A stretch of DNA of 35,962 bases, taken from an uncultured Collinsella sp. (GTDB lineage: Bacteria; Actinomycetota; Coriobacteriia; Coriobacteriales; Coriobacteriaceae). Positions 17,688-27,093 of the stretch are shown one piece after another. A program made the translations under genes and the position numbers. Under the pieces are notes generated by a model. It was not told the origin of the DNA. It made no database searches and saw only the letters and a list, made by a program, of their open reading frames with translations. Each line of letters opens with the position of its first letter. Position 1 is the stretch's first letter. The stretch lies in NCBI GenBank assembly GCA_905196265.1, contig CAJJVE010000001.1:1-35962 (forward strand), given 5' to 3'.

Positions 17688-19988
17688 ATGGTTAAGCTGT
17701 ACGAGGACGGCATCTACCTGCGCGGCGGCAGCGAGATTGTGCCTGCGGCCGAGGCTGCCGAGCACGGTATTACGCAGACACCCGAGGATGCCAAGCGTGG
17801 CACCATCGCGTATTCGATCCTCCAGGCACACAATACGTCCGGAGATCTCGAGGCGCTCAAGATTCGCTTCGATGCCATGGCGAGCCACGACATCACCTTT
17901 GTTGGCATCATCCAGACGGCGCGCGCCTCGGGCATGGAACAGTTCCCGCTGCCCTACGTGCTCACCAACTGCCATAACTCGCTGTGCGCCGTGGGCGGCA
18001 CCATCAACGAGGACGACCATGTCTTTGGCCTTTCCGCGGCCAAGAAGTACGGCGGCATCTTCGTCCCGCCGCACATCGCCGTCATCCATTCCTTTATGCG
18101 TGAGAACTTCGCCGGTTGCGGCAAGATGATCTTGGGCTCCGACTCGCACACCCGCTACGGCGCCCTGGGCACCATGGCCGTGGGCGAGGGCGGCGGCGAG
18201 CTGGCAAAGCAGCTGCTGCGTGACACCTACGACGTCGCCTATCCCGGCGTCGTCGCCATCTACCTCACGGGCGCCCCGCGCCCCGGCGTCGGCCCGCACG
18301 ACGTGGCGCTCGCCATCATCCGCGCCGTCTTTGCCAAGGGCTACGTCAAGAACAAGGTCATGGAGTTTGTGGGCCCCGGCATCGCGAGCATGACGACCGA
18401 CTACCGTAATGGCGTCGATGTCATGACCACCGAGACCACCTGCCTGTCGAGCATCTGGGCCACCGACGAGGACACGCACGCGTTTCTGACCATGCACGGC
18501 CGCGGCGACGACTACCGCGAGCTCAAGCCCGCCGATGTTGCCTACTACGACGGCTGCGTCGAGGTCGATCTGTCGAGCATCAAGCCCATGATCGCCCTGC
18601 CGTTCCATCCTTCCAACGGCTTCGAGATTGACGAGCTCAACGAGAACCTCGAGGACATCCTGCATGAGGTGGAGCTCGAGGCCGCCAAGATCGGCGAGGG
18701 CAAGACGCACTTTAGCCTGCTCGACAAGATCGTCGACGGCAAGCTGCACGTGCAGCAGGGCGTTATCGCCGGCTGCTCGGGCGGTAACTACGACTCCGTG
18801 GTTCAGGCCGCCCGCGTGCTCAAGGGCGCCAACACCGGCTGCGGCGAGTTCTCGCTGTCGGTCTACCCCACGAGCCAGCCCGTGGCACTCGAGCTTACAC
18901 GCCGCGGCTATATCTACGACCTTATGGAGGCCGGCGCGATCGTGCGCACGGCATTCTGCGGCCCGTGCTTCGGCGCCGGCGACACACCCGCCAACAACGG
19001 CCTGTCCATCCGCCACACCACGCGCAACTTCCCCAACCGCGAGGGTTCCAAGCCGGGCAATGGCCAGCTGAGCGCCGTGGCCCTGATGGACGCTCGCTCC
19101 ATTGCGGCGACGGCTGCCAACGGCGGCGTCCTGACGCCGGCGACCGATCTGCCCGAGGAGACTTGGGACGAGGCCTGCGAGTACACCTTTGACGACGCGC
19201 CGTACAAAAAGCGCGTGTACTGGGGCTTTGGCAAGGCGGAGTCTGCCGACGAGCTGGTCGAAGGCCCCAACATCAAGCCGTGGCCCGCGATGGAACCTCT
19301 CAGCGACGATATCCTGCTCAAGGTGTGCTCCAAGATCATGGACCCGGTCACCACGACTGACGAGCTCATTCCCTCGGGTGAGACGAGTTCCTTCCGCTCC
19401 AACCCGCTGGGCCTGGCCGAGTTTACGCTCAGCCGTCGCGACCCGGCCTACGTGGGTCGTTCCAAGGAGGTCGACGCCGTGGAGAAGCGCCGCGTTGCCG
19501 GCGAGGCCGCAGGCAACCTGGCGGCACTCGATGTCGAGCTTGCGGGCGTGTTTGAGGCGCTGGCCGGCGCGGGCGTCGCGGCAGATGCCAAGGCGACCGA
19601 GTACGGCTCCATGCTCTATGCCAAGAAGCCCGGTGACGGTTCTGCCCGCGAGCAGGCTGCGAGCTGCCAGCGCGTAATTGGCGGTCTGGCCAACATCGTC
19701 CACGAGTACGCCACCAAGCGCTATCGCTCCAACGTGATGAACTGGGGCATGGTGCCCTTCCAGATGGAGGCCGAGCCTAACTTTGAGGTGGGCGACTACG
19801 TCTTTGTGCCGGGTATCCGCGCCGCGCTCGATGGCGACCTAAAGGGCATCGCCGCCTACGTGGTGCGCGCCGACGGCACGGTCGAGCAGATTGAGCTCTA
19901 CATTGCCGACATGACGGCAGAGGAGCGTGCCATCGTCAAGGCCGGCTGCCTGATCAACTACAACAAGTTCAAGGCCGCTGCCGAGTAA
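17688..19988 (+). CDS. ybhJ: Aconitase-family hydratase, YbhJ-like
   Basis: [66 protein letters not shown]; closely matches the E. coli YbhJ pattern; ATG at 17688 with GGGAG RBS. Confidence 0.9.
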   Translation: MVKLYEDGIYLRGGSEIVPAAEAAEHGITQTPEDAKRGTIAYSILQAHNTSGDLEALKIRFDAMASHDITFVGIIQTARASGMEQFPLPYVLTNCHNSLCAVGGTINEDDHVFGLSAAKKYGGIFVPPHIAVIHSFMRENFAGCGKMILGSDSHTRYGALGTMAVGEGGGELAKQLLRDTYDVAYPGVVAIYLTGAPRPGVGPHDVALAIIRAVFAKGYVKNKVMEFVGPGIASMTTDYRNGVDVMTTETTCLSSIWATDEDTHAFLTMHGRGDDYRELKPADVAYYDGCVEVDLSSIKPMIALPFHPSNGFEIDELNENLEDILHEVELEAAKIGEGKTHFSLLDKIVDGKLHVQQGVIAGCSGGNYDSVVQAARVLKGANTGCGEFSLSVYPTSQPVALELTRRGYIYDLMEAGAIVRTAFCGPCFGAGDTPANNGLSIRHTTRNFPNREGSKPGNGQLSAVALMDARSIAATAANGGVLTPATDLPEETWDEACEYTFDDAPYKKRVYWGFGKAESADELVEGPNIKPWPAMEPLSDDILLKVCSKIMDPVTTTDELIPSGETSSFRSNPLGLAEFTLSRRDPAYVGRSKEVDAVEKRRVAGEAAGNLAALDVELAGVFEALAGAGVAADAKATEYGSMLYAKKPGDGSAREQAASCQRVIGGLANIVHEYATKRYRSNVMNWGMVPFQMEAEPNFEVGDYVFVPGIRAALDGDLKGIAAYVVRADGTVEQIELYIADMTAEERAIVKAGCLINYNKFKAAAE

Positions 19989-19999
19989 CTCTGCTGTAC

Positions 20000-20071
20000 G
20001 CCCCGGCCACACCTTTCTCTCGTGCTCACGCGCTTCGCGAGGGTCGCCCGAGGGAAAGGTGTGGCCGGGGC
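20000..20071. repeat. 23-bp inverted repeat hairpin downstream of the hydratase
   Basis: GCCCCGGCCACACCTTTCTCTCG / CGAGGGAAAGGTGTGGCCGGGGC (22 of 23); no U-tract. Confidence 0.75.
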
Positions 20072-20157
20072 TACCGCGACGTTCTCGTTGGGTCTTGAGG
20101 GACGCTAATAAATAGACTTGCTTGATGCCGCCTCTGTTAATGGGGCGGTTTCCTTTT

Positions 20158-20199
20158 GTCGAAAACTACCACATTGGGGTCAGGCACCTTTGTGGTGGT
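20158..20199 (+). repeat. 42-bp REP-like palindrome, family B copy 1
   Basis: GTCGAAAACTACCACATTGGGGTCAGGCACCTTTGTGGTGGT. Confidence 0.8.
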
Positions 20200-20201
20200 C
20201 C

Positions 20202-20345
20202 CGTTTGTCTCGACCTGTAACATCTGGGCCCCTATTTGACGAGCGGTTGTTACAGATTGAGACAAACGATCGCCGCTGATCATTTCATCTCAATCTGTAA
20301 CATCTAAGATCGAAAAGGGCCGCTAGATGTTACAGATCGAGACAG
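20202..20345. repeat. Left array: two 80-bp units, each TGTAACA-N25-TGTTACA
   Basis: TGTAACA at 20216 and 20296; TGTTACA at 20248 and 20328; half-site consensus GTCTCGATCTGTAACATCT. Confidence 0.9.
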
Positions 20346-20357
20346 TCGAGTGCCAGA

Positions 20358-20399
20358 GTCGAAAACCACCACAAAGGGGACAGGCACCTTTGTGGCGGT
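20358..20399 (+). repeat. 42-bp REP-like palindrome, family B copy 2
   Basis: GTCGAAAACCACCACAAAGGGGACAGGCACCTTTGTGGCGGT, exactly 200 bp after copy 1. Confidence 0.9.
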
Positions 20400-20453
20400 G
20401 GGGAACGAGCTCGATGTTGTTGTGATTGTTGAGCGGTATGTTAATGAGCGCCT

Positions 20454-21122
20454 CTACAGGATTTTATCTGGGCTGGCGGGTTTGGTTGTTTTGGGGATGC
20501 CGAGTTTGGATGACGCGAAATCGTCAACATCGTCCTTGATTCCATCTTTGGTGTAGACGGTGACCGTATAGGTGCTGTGCCCGAATTCGCTCTTGTCGCG
20601 TGTCGCCCAGGCCTGCCAGTAGGCAGCCCCGTTTCGCCCTTTGATTTTTCCGACACGGCGGAGTTCTGTTCGCTTTAATTGCTGGTTGCTATAGATGGTT
20701 CGACCGGCCTCCTCGGTGAGCCCGCACTGTCCAAGCATCTTGTCGAGGACTTGGTTCATGTGGCGCTCATCGGTGTTTGGTGCGTAGTCGTAGGCGAGGG
20801 TGATGGAGTCGAGTGGCTGGTCGTCGATCAGATAGTTTAGCGCCTGAGGTTCAAGGCAGAAATAGGGGGAGCATCCGTCGACCTTGCCGAGCAACGGTAA
20901 CTTGGACTGCCAACTTCCGGTGGGAATTGCATATTCGTAGAACACGCCACGGCAGACAAAGGAGAGCGAGGTGGCACGCGAGCCGGCGTCGATCATCCCG
21001 CAAAGATCGAAGGGCGAGGCGATACCAAAAGAAAAGGGCGTGATGACGATAAGGAAGAGCATCACGATGGGTATGGCGAGAATGGCGATGACGTTGCGAC
21101 CGGTGGAATGAGACGGCTTCAT
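20454..21122 (-). CDS. Hypothetical membrane-anchored/exported protein (222 aa)
   Basis: GAGGAG RBS before ATG at 21122; N-terminal hydrophobic stretch VIAILAIPIVMLFLIVITPFSFG; no recognised family. Confidence 0.65.
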   Translation of the reverse strand: MKPSHSTGRNVIAILAIPIVMLFLIVITPFSFGIASPFDLCGMIDAGSRATSLSFVCRGVFYEYAIPTGSWQSKLPLLGKVDGCSPYFCLEPQALNYLIDDQPLDSITLAYDYAPNTDERHMNQVLDKMLGQCGLTEEAGRTIYSNQQLKRTELRRVGKIKGRNGAAYWQAWATRDKSEFGHSTYTVTVYTKDGIKDDVDDFASSKLGIPKTTKPASPDKIL

Positions 21123-21225
21123 ATGCGCTCCTCGAGACAAAGATCTGTTGAGGATAGGCAGAAATGGATATGTTCAGAGAACAATTCAAGTTTAATCTCA
21201 TGGCGCGAGATGGTCGACCGTTAGC

Positions 21226-21267
21226 GTCGAAAACCACCACAAAGGTGCCTGTCCCCTTTGTGGTGGT
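21226..21267 (+). repeat. 42-bp REP-like palindrome, family B copy 3 (loop inverted relative to copy 2)
   Basis: GTCGAAAACCACCACAAAGGTGCCTGTCCCCTTTGTGGTGGT. Confidence 0.9.
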
Positions 21268-21356
21268 GAGGAGCGCGCGGCTTCTTTTGGTAATAGTGTT
21301 AGCTGGCGGTATCATTAGTGCAGGTGGCGAAGGTTTGCATTGTGGGGTGTTTTGCC

Positions 21357-22004
21357 GTGAGCCGTTCTGCCCGTATTGGATTGATTGTCTTGGCGCTTGC
21401 GATCGCTGTGGTTGGCGCGGGCGCTGTCGGTATGGCATTTCTACCTGCTGCGGTGACGGAGCCGGTGGTCAAGCCTGTGACTCAATCTGTCGAACTTCTG
21501 ACCGGCGCCGCCAAGCCCGAGACCATTACCGTTGATTTTGATGAGCAACCGGCTGCGCTGGGCATTAGTAATTATCCACATATTCAGCTTGGGGCTATGC
21601 GCTATACCACGGATTCTAGTCTTATCGACAGGGCGTCCGAGCTGCTCAAGGGCGAAACCTTTAAGCGCTGGTATGGATATGCGTCCTATCGGGCAAAAGC
21701 GAACGACATGGTTGGCGGATGCCGCTCGTCCATCGAGTTGGACACTGCAAACGGCGCAAAGTTATGTGATGTCTCGTACGATCCGGGCTACGAGGGCAAT
21801 GAGGGTCCGGGTATCTACATCATGGACGGCGATGTCGCCTATGTCATGGAGGGCGACCAGACCGAGCTCAACGATTTTATGGGTCAGTGTATCCAAGATG
21901 CCTATAAACAGACCTGCTTGCCTGACCCGCAGACTGCACGCGATAGTGGGTCTGCCCGTACATGGCTGTTCGAGGATGAGATGCCCTGGACCGTCGAATC
22001 GTGA
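21357..22004 (+). CDS. Hypothetical membrane-anchored/exported protein (about 215 aa)
   Basis: GTG at 21357 after GGGGTG (alternative GTG at 21318); TM segment IGLIVLALAIAVVGAGAVGMAFL; no recognised family. Confidence 0.65.
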   Translation: MSRSARIGLIVLALAIAVVGAGAVGMAFLPAAVTEPVVKPVTQSVELLTGAAKPETITVDFDEQPAALGISNYPHIQLGAMRYTTDSSLIDRASELLKGETFKRWYGYASYRAKANDMVGGCRSSIELDTANGAKLCDVSYDPGYEGNEGPGIYIMDGDVAYVMEGDQTELNDFMGQCIQDAYKQTCLPDPQTARDSGSARTWLFEDEMPWTVES

Positions 22005-22036
22005 AGTACGGGTTCGGCGAAGGAGTAGAGACCGCG

Positions 22037-22078
22037 ACCACCACAAAGGTGCCTGTCCTCTTTGTGGTGGTTTTCGGT
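22037..22078 (-). repeat. 42-bp REP-like palindrome, family B copy 4 (inverted)
   Basis: ACCACCACAAAGGTGCCTGTCCTCTTTGTGGTGGTTTTCGGT; CGAAAA tail on the minus strand. Confidence 0.9.
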
Positions 22079-22300
22079 CTGTCTCGATCTGTAACATCTT
22101 GGCCGCTAAAAGTGGGCTTGGTGTTACAGATTTAGATTTTCGATTCGGGCGTCTTCTGTTCGTCTCGATTTGTAACAGATGGAGCTCTATTTGCCGAGTA
22201 GATGTTACAGATTGAGACAAACGGGCGCCGTTGGCCATTTCATCTTGATTTGTAACATCTGGAGCCATAAACAGTCGCTAGATGTTACAGATTGAGATAG
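22079..22300. repeat. Right array: three 80-81-bp units, each TGTAACA-N25-TGTTACA
   Basis: TGTAACA at 22090, 22171, 22251; TGTTACA at 22122, 22203, 22283. Confidence 0.9.
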
Positions 22301-22475
22301 TAAGGGGACGAGGTCGCAGCGGGCGAGCGTGCCTGCTCCCTATCTCTCAATCACTCAGAAAATCTTATATATAGAGACTTAGATTTGTGTATAAGATCGC
22401 GCAAAGCTGGCAACAATACTTCTCGAACAACGTGAAGCCGCCCCGTAGGGCGGCCGCCCCAAGAGAGGTGATTCC

Positions 22476-25089
22476 ATGAGAATCGATAAGCTAGCAATGA
22501 CGTCGCGCGAGGCGCTGCAGACCGCCATGAGCACGGCTGCCGACGCGCAGGCCGGCGCGGTAGAGCCGATTCACCTGCTGTCCGCCCTGCTCGGTGCCGG
22601 CGAGCGCAATATCTCCGTGATCATAGAGCGCATTGGTGCCGACCCGGCTCAGCTCGCACGCTCCACGCAAGATGCCATCGACCACGCGCCCAAGGTTTCG
22701 GGCGAGGGCCAGCAGATGGGCCTGTCCAACGAGCTCGTCCGCGTCATCGAAAAGGCCGAGAAGAAGGCCACCAAGATGGGCGACAGCTTTGTGGTGACCG
22801 AGCATCTGCTGATGGCACTTGCCGAGGACAAGGGCGAGGCCGGCCGCGTTCTGCGCGACGCAGGCGTCACCAAGGAGCGCATCGAGCAAGTCTACGAGGA
22901 GCTGCGCGGCGATGACCGCGTGACGTCCGCCGAGGACAAGACGCAGTTTGAGGCGCTGGAGCAGTACGGTCGCAACATCTGCGACCTCGCCCGCGCCGGT
23001 CATCGGCCGTACCGATGAGATTCGCCGCACCATCCAGGTCCTGTCCCGTCGTACCAAGAACAACCCCGTGCTCATCGGTGAGCCGGGCGTCGGCAAGACG
23101 GCCATCGTCGAGGGCATCGCCCAGCGTATCGTGGCTGGCGACGTGCCGAGCACGCTGCGCGACCGCGACCTCATCGAGCTCGACATGAGCGCGCTGGTCG
23201 CCGGCGCCAAGTACCGCGGCGAGTTCGAGGACCGCTTGAAGGCCGTGCTCAAGGAGGTACAGAAGTCCGAGGGCAAGGTCATCTTGTTCATCGATGAGCT
23301 CCACACCATCGTGGGCGCGGGTGCCACCGAGGGCTCCATGGACGCCGGCAACATCCTGAAGCCGGCGCTTGCCCGTGGCGACCTGCACGCGATCGGCGCG
23401 ACCACGCTTGACGAGTACCGCAAGTACATCGAGAAGGACGCGGCGCTCGCGCGTCGTTTCCAGACTGTGATGGTCTCCGAGCCTACCGTCGAGGACACCA
23501 TCTCGATCCTGCGTGGCCTCAAGGAGAAGTACGAGATTTTCCACGGCGTGCATATCACCGATAGCGCGCTCGTGGCAGCTGCCGACCTCTCCGATCGCTA
23601 CATCGCCGACCGCTTCCTGCCCGACAAGGCCATCGACCTGGTCGATGAGGCGGCAAGCCGCCTGCGCATGGAGCTCGACAGCATGCCGGTCGAGATTGAC
23701 GCCACCACGCGTCAGCTCACCCAGCTGCAGATCGAGGAGCAGGCGCTCATGAAGGAGACCGACGACGCCTCCAAGGAGCGTCTGGAGGCCCTGCGCCAGG
23801 AGATTGCCGAGGTCCAGGAAAAGCTCAACGTGCAAAAGGCCGGCTGGCTCAACCAAAAGAACGCCATCGACCACGTGCAGGAGCTCAAGGGGCAGCTTGA
23901 CGAGGCCAAGAGCGAAGAGGAGCGCGCGACGCGCAACGGCGACCTGGGCCGTGCGTCCGAGCTGCGCTTCTCCGTGATTCCGGGCCTGCAGCAGCAGATT
24001 CAGGATTCCGAGGTCGCGCTCGAGGCACAAAAGCAGCAGGACGGCGAGGGCCTCAACGAACAGGTGACCTCCGATGAGATCGCCGAGGTCGTGAGCGCCT
24101 GGACCGGCGTGCCTGTGTCCAAGATGATGCAGGGCGAGCTCGACAAGCTGAAGGGCTTGGAGGGTGAGCTGCATAAGCGCGTCATCGGCCAGGATGAGGC
24201 GGTCTCCGCTGTGGCCGCGGCCGTGCGCCGCAGCCGTGCGGGTCTCTCCGACCCGGACAAGCCCATCGGCAGCTTCTTCTTCCTGGGCCCCACCGGCGTG
24301 GGCAAGACCGAGCTCGCCAAGGCGCTTGCCGAGTGCCTGTTCGACGACGAGCGCGCACTCGTGCGTATCGACATGTCCGAGTACATGGAGAAGTTCAGCG
24401 TCCAGCGTCTGATCGGTGCGCCCCCGGGATACGTGGGTTACGACGAGGGCGGCCAGCTCACCGAGGCCGTGCGTCGTCGTCCGTACTCCGTGATCTTGCT
24501 CGACGAGATGGAGAAGGCTCATCCGGATGTCTTCAACGTGCTGCTGCAGGTGCTCGACGACGGCCGTCTGACCGATGGCCAGGGTCGCCAGGTGTCCTTC
24601 AAGAACACGATTATCATCATGACGTCTAACGTGGGCTCCAAGGCCATCGCCGATCTGTCCGGCAAGGACGAGGAGGAGATGCGCCATCAGGTCGACGCCG
24701 CCATGGCTCAGACCTTCCGCCCCGAGTTTCTCAACCGTATCGACGATATCGTGGTGTTCCATCCGCTCGGCATGGCGCAGATCGAGAAGATCGTCGACAT
24801 CCAGCTTGCCGACGTCCGCGCACGCCTGGCCAAGGAGCGCATGACGCTTGCCATCACCCCGGCGGCCAAGCAGATGCTCGCCGTGGGCGGCCTGGACCCC
24901 GTGTTCGGTGCCCGTCCGCTCAAGCGCCTGGTCCAGCGCGAGGTCGTGGACGCCATCGCCGCCGCCATCATCGACGGCACGGTGCGCGAGGGCGATCAGG
25001 TGACGGTCGATGTCGACAAGGACGGCGGCTTTACCGTCGTGTGCGACAACACGCCGGCGGCCACCTACGAGGTTCCCGACGCCGAGTAG
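22476..25089 (+). pseudogene. clpB: ClpB chaperone, frameshifted near 22996-22999
   Basis: 22476-23018 encodes the Clp N-domain. A different frame carries [27 protein letters not shown], the coiled-coil M-domain and NBD2 [10 protein letters not shown]. The conserved GKLDPVIGR lacks KLD. Confidence 0.9.
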
Positions 25090-25134
25090 ATTTTTGGGAC
25101 ATGCCTTAAAATCTGCCAGCCGTCTCTAAACGCC

Positions 25135-25171
25135 AAGGGCGGCGGATCCAATTGGGTCCGCCGCCCTTTTT
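25135..25171 (+). terminator. Rho-independent terminator of clpB
   Basis: AAGGGCGGCGGATCC-AATT-GGGTCCGCCGCCCTTTTT. Confidence 0.85.
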
Positions 25172-25223
25172 CGTGCGACAATCGATGTTGTTGAACGTGA
25201 GTGCATGGCAAGGAGCTATACAG

Positions 25224-25418
25224 ATGATAGACAAGAGCAAGACAAACACGCCGGCGACCGATGCCGCACCCGCCGCACCCAAGCCTGCGCCTAAGCCGGC
25301 GCCCAAGCCGCGCGATCCCTACATTCGCGCCGAGAACGAGGACGACGACGGCTACGATCCCTACAGCGATCGCCGCCCCGAGCGTGAGCCGATGTTCGAA
25401 GCCGATCCGTGGCGCTGA
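25224..25418 (+). CDS. Small Pro-rich/acidic hypothetical protein (64 aa)
   Basis: AAGGAG RBS before ATG at 25224; host-like codon usage; MIDKSKTNTPAT...PKPAPKPAPKP...DDDGYDPYSDRR...ADPWR. Confidence 0.65.
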   Translation: MIDKSKTNTPATDAAPAAPKPAPKPAPKPRDPYIRAENEDDDGYDPYSDRRPEREPMFEADPWR

Positions 25419-25442
25419 GTGCCACCCAAAAGGCCACCAATA

Positions 25443-25509
25443 AGTTGCGGTGAAATAGGGACTGTTTTGCGGTTTGACCAGCAAAAACAGTCCCTATTTC
25501 ACCGCAACT
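25443..25509. repeat. Perfect 26-bp inverted repeat
   Basis: AGTTGCGGTGAAATAGGGACTGTTTT / AAAACAGTCCCTATTTCACCGCAACT. Confidence 0.85.
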
Positions 25510-25640
25510 GCGTTGGGGATTGTTCTACAGGGGGAGGGTAGTCAAAAAAGCCCCGTCCCAAATTGACTGCTCGGGGAGTCGCATTCGAGCTCGGTTGTCC
25601 TCTTAGCCACTCGATATCCTTTGGAGCAATAACGGTGATA

Positions 25641-25733
25641 AAACTTGCTTAAGTGTTAATCAAGCCACACACAATCTTGCTCTCTAATTAATCAAGAATC
25701 AGTATAATTTTGATTAGCTAGAGAGCAAGATTG
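25641..25733 (+). promoter_or_regulatory. Promoter/operator of the AAA ATPase gene: 24-bp inverted repeat enclosing TATAAT
   Basis: CAATCTTGCTCTCTAATTAATCAA (25672-25695) / TTGATTAGCTAGAGAGCAAGATTG (25710-25733), 22 of 24; TATAAT at 25703; a degenerate third copy at 25641-25664. Confidence 0.7.
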
Positions 25734-25740
25734 GAGAATC

Positions 25741-27093
25741 ATGGCATTCAACGACTTGATCGCCCAGAAAATAAAGGACTTTGAACAGCAGGGGGTTCCG
25801 CAGGTCTTTGAGCGAGACCTTGATCTGGGAAACCCACAGGAGCCAAAGCGCGACAACATCGTAAATGTGGTTGTGGGGGCCCGCCGTTGTGGAAAGACGT
25901 ATCGCCTGTATCAGGAGATGCAGCGGCTTCAGGGTCGGGGCGTCGAGCTTGACCGGATGCTTTACTTTAATTTTGAGGACGAGCGCTTGCGCCCGTATGA
26001 GTCATCGCTGCTGGCGGACGTGCTCGACACGTTCTATGCGCTGTATCCTGCTGCTCGAACCGAGGGCGCTTACATTTTCTTTGACGAGATCCAGGAAATT
26101 CCCGAATGGGGTGCGTTTCTGCGGCGTGTAGTCGATACGGAGAAAGCGACCGTCTATGTGACGGGATCTTCTTCTAAGATGCTGTCCTCAGAGCTTAAGA
26201 GCGAGTTCAGGGGTCGTTCTCTTATACGGGAGCTTTTTCCGTTGAGTTTTTCGGAATACGTTCGATATAAGACGGGGAACGTTTTCGAGCCAGATGCGAC
26301 CTTTTCCCCAAGCGATGCAGCGCTGCTTCGACATCATCTGATCGGATATCTTGAACGAGGGGGATTCATCGCGACGCTTGAGCAGACGCCTGCAGACGCG
26401 ATTCAGCTGCTACAGGAATATGCTTCGCGAACGGTCGCTATGGACGTCGTTGAGCGTTACGACGTCAAGAACCCTCGCTTGGCATCGCTGTTCCTAACGC
26501 GGTGTATGGCATCTTCGGGACGAGAGCTGTCGGTGAACAAAGTGTACAACGAGTTCAAGAGCAGGCAGATACCCGTCAGTCGTAATTCGCTCAGCGACTT
26601 ACTTGAGTATTATGAGGACGCCTACCTGCTGTTCTCCGTGCCGGAGTTCACGCGTTCACTGGCAAATAACATGCGGTCTGCGTCTAAGGTCTACGCTGTC
26701 GATCCTGCGATGTTTGGAGCATTCTCTCCCGCATCGGCATTGGACCAGGGCCAGAGGCTCGAGACCGCAGTGTTCAACGCGCTAAGAAGAAGGACTCCCG
26801 CGGTGAGGATCGGATCGGTCTGCCGCCTGCTGATCAAAGAGAAGAGCAAAAGCCATGAGGTGGACTTTGTGGCTGGGGACGCACTTCTCATGCGGGCTTA
26901 TAGCCTGATTCAGGTGAGTGTGGATATGGCAAGTGAGAAAACGCGCGAGCGCGAAATTGCCGCGCTTGATGCCTCGATGGCCCAGTTCGATCTTGGCGAG
27001 TCGGCAATCGTTACCATGGATGAGCAGGCCGATATTCCATGCGAACACGGTGTGGTACACGTTGTGCCCGCATGGAAGTGGCTCCTTGCCTAA
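25741..27093 (+). CDS. AAA_14-type ATPase with C-terminal DUF4143-like domain
   Basis: Walker A GARRCGKT, NFEDER, Walker B FFDEIQ, VTGSSS, LFPLSFSEY, KVYAVD, EVDFV..IQV, VPAWKWLL. Confidence 0.9.
   Translation: MAFNDLIAQKIKDFEQQGVPQVFERDLDLGNPQEPKRDNIVNVVVGARRCGKTYRLYQEMQRLQGRGVELDRMLYFNFEDERLRPYESSLLADVLDTFYALYPAARTEGAYIFFDEIQEIPEWGAFLRRVVDTEKATVYVTGSSSKMLSSELKSEFRGRSLIRELFPLSFSEYVRYKTGNVFEPDATFSPSDAALLRHHLIGYLERGGFIATLEQTPADAIQLLQEYASRTVAMDVVERYDVKNPRLASLFLTRCMASSGRELSVNKVYNEFKSRQIPVSRNSLSDLLEYYEDAYLLFSVPEFTRSLANNMRSASKVYAVDPAMFGAFSPASALDQGQRLETAVFNALRRRTPAVRIGSVCRLLIKEKSKSHEVDFVAGDALLMRAYSLIQVSVDMASEKTREREIAALDASMAQFDLGESAIVTMDEQADIPCEHGVVHVVPAWKWLLA

Noticed and set aside
21532..22268. 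ORFs 21532-22215 (+) and 21762-22268 (-) with repeated SICN / LQIET peptides
   Set aside because: The peptide repeats are just translations of the non-coding arrays; the ORFs overlap a better-supported gene.
20202..22300. CRISPR array interpretation of the 80-bp repeats
   Set aside because: Repeats alternate in orientation, the intervening sequences are homologous between the two arrays rather than unique, and no cas gene is in the window.
22361..22386. Possible HspR (HAIR) or CIRCE operator upstream of clpB
   Set aside because: Only a weak AATCT...AGATT symmetry; it does not match CTTGAGT-N7-ACTCAAG or TTAGCACTC-N9-GAGTGCTAA.
22990..23018. Programmed ribosomal frameshift in clpB
   Set aside because: No slippery sequence, and conserved residues (KLD) are physically missing, which indicates a deletion rather than recoding.
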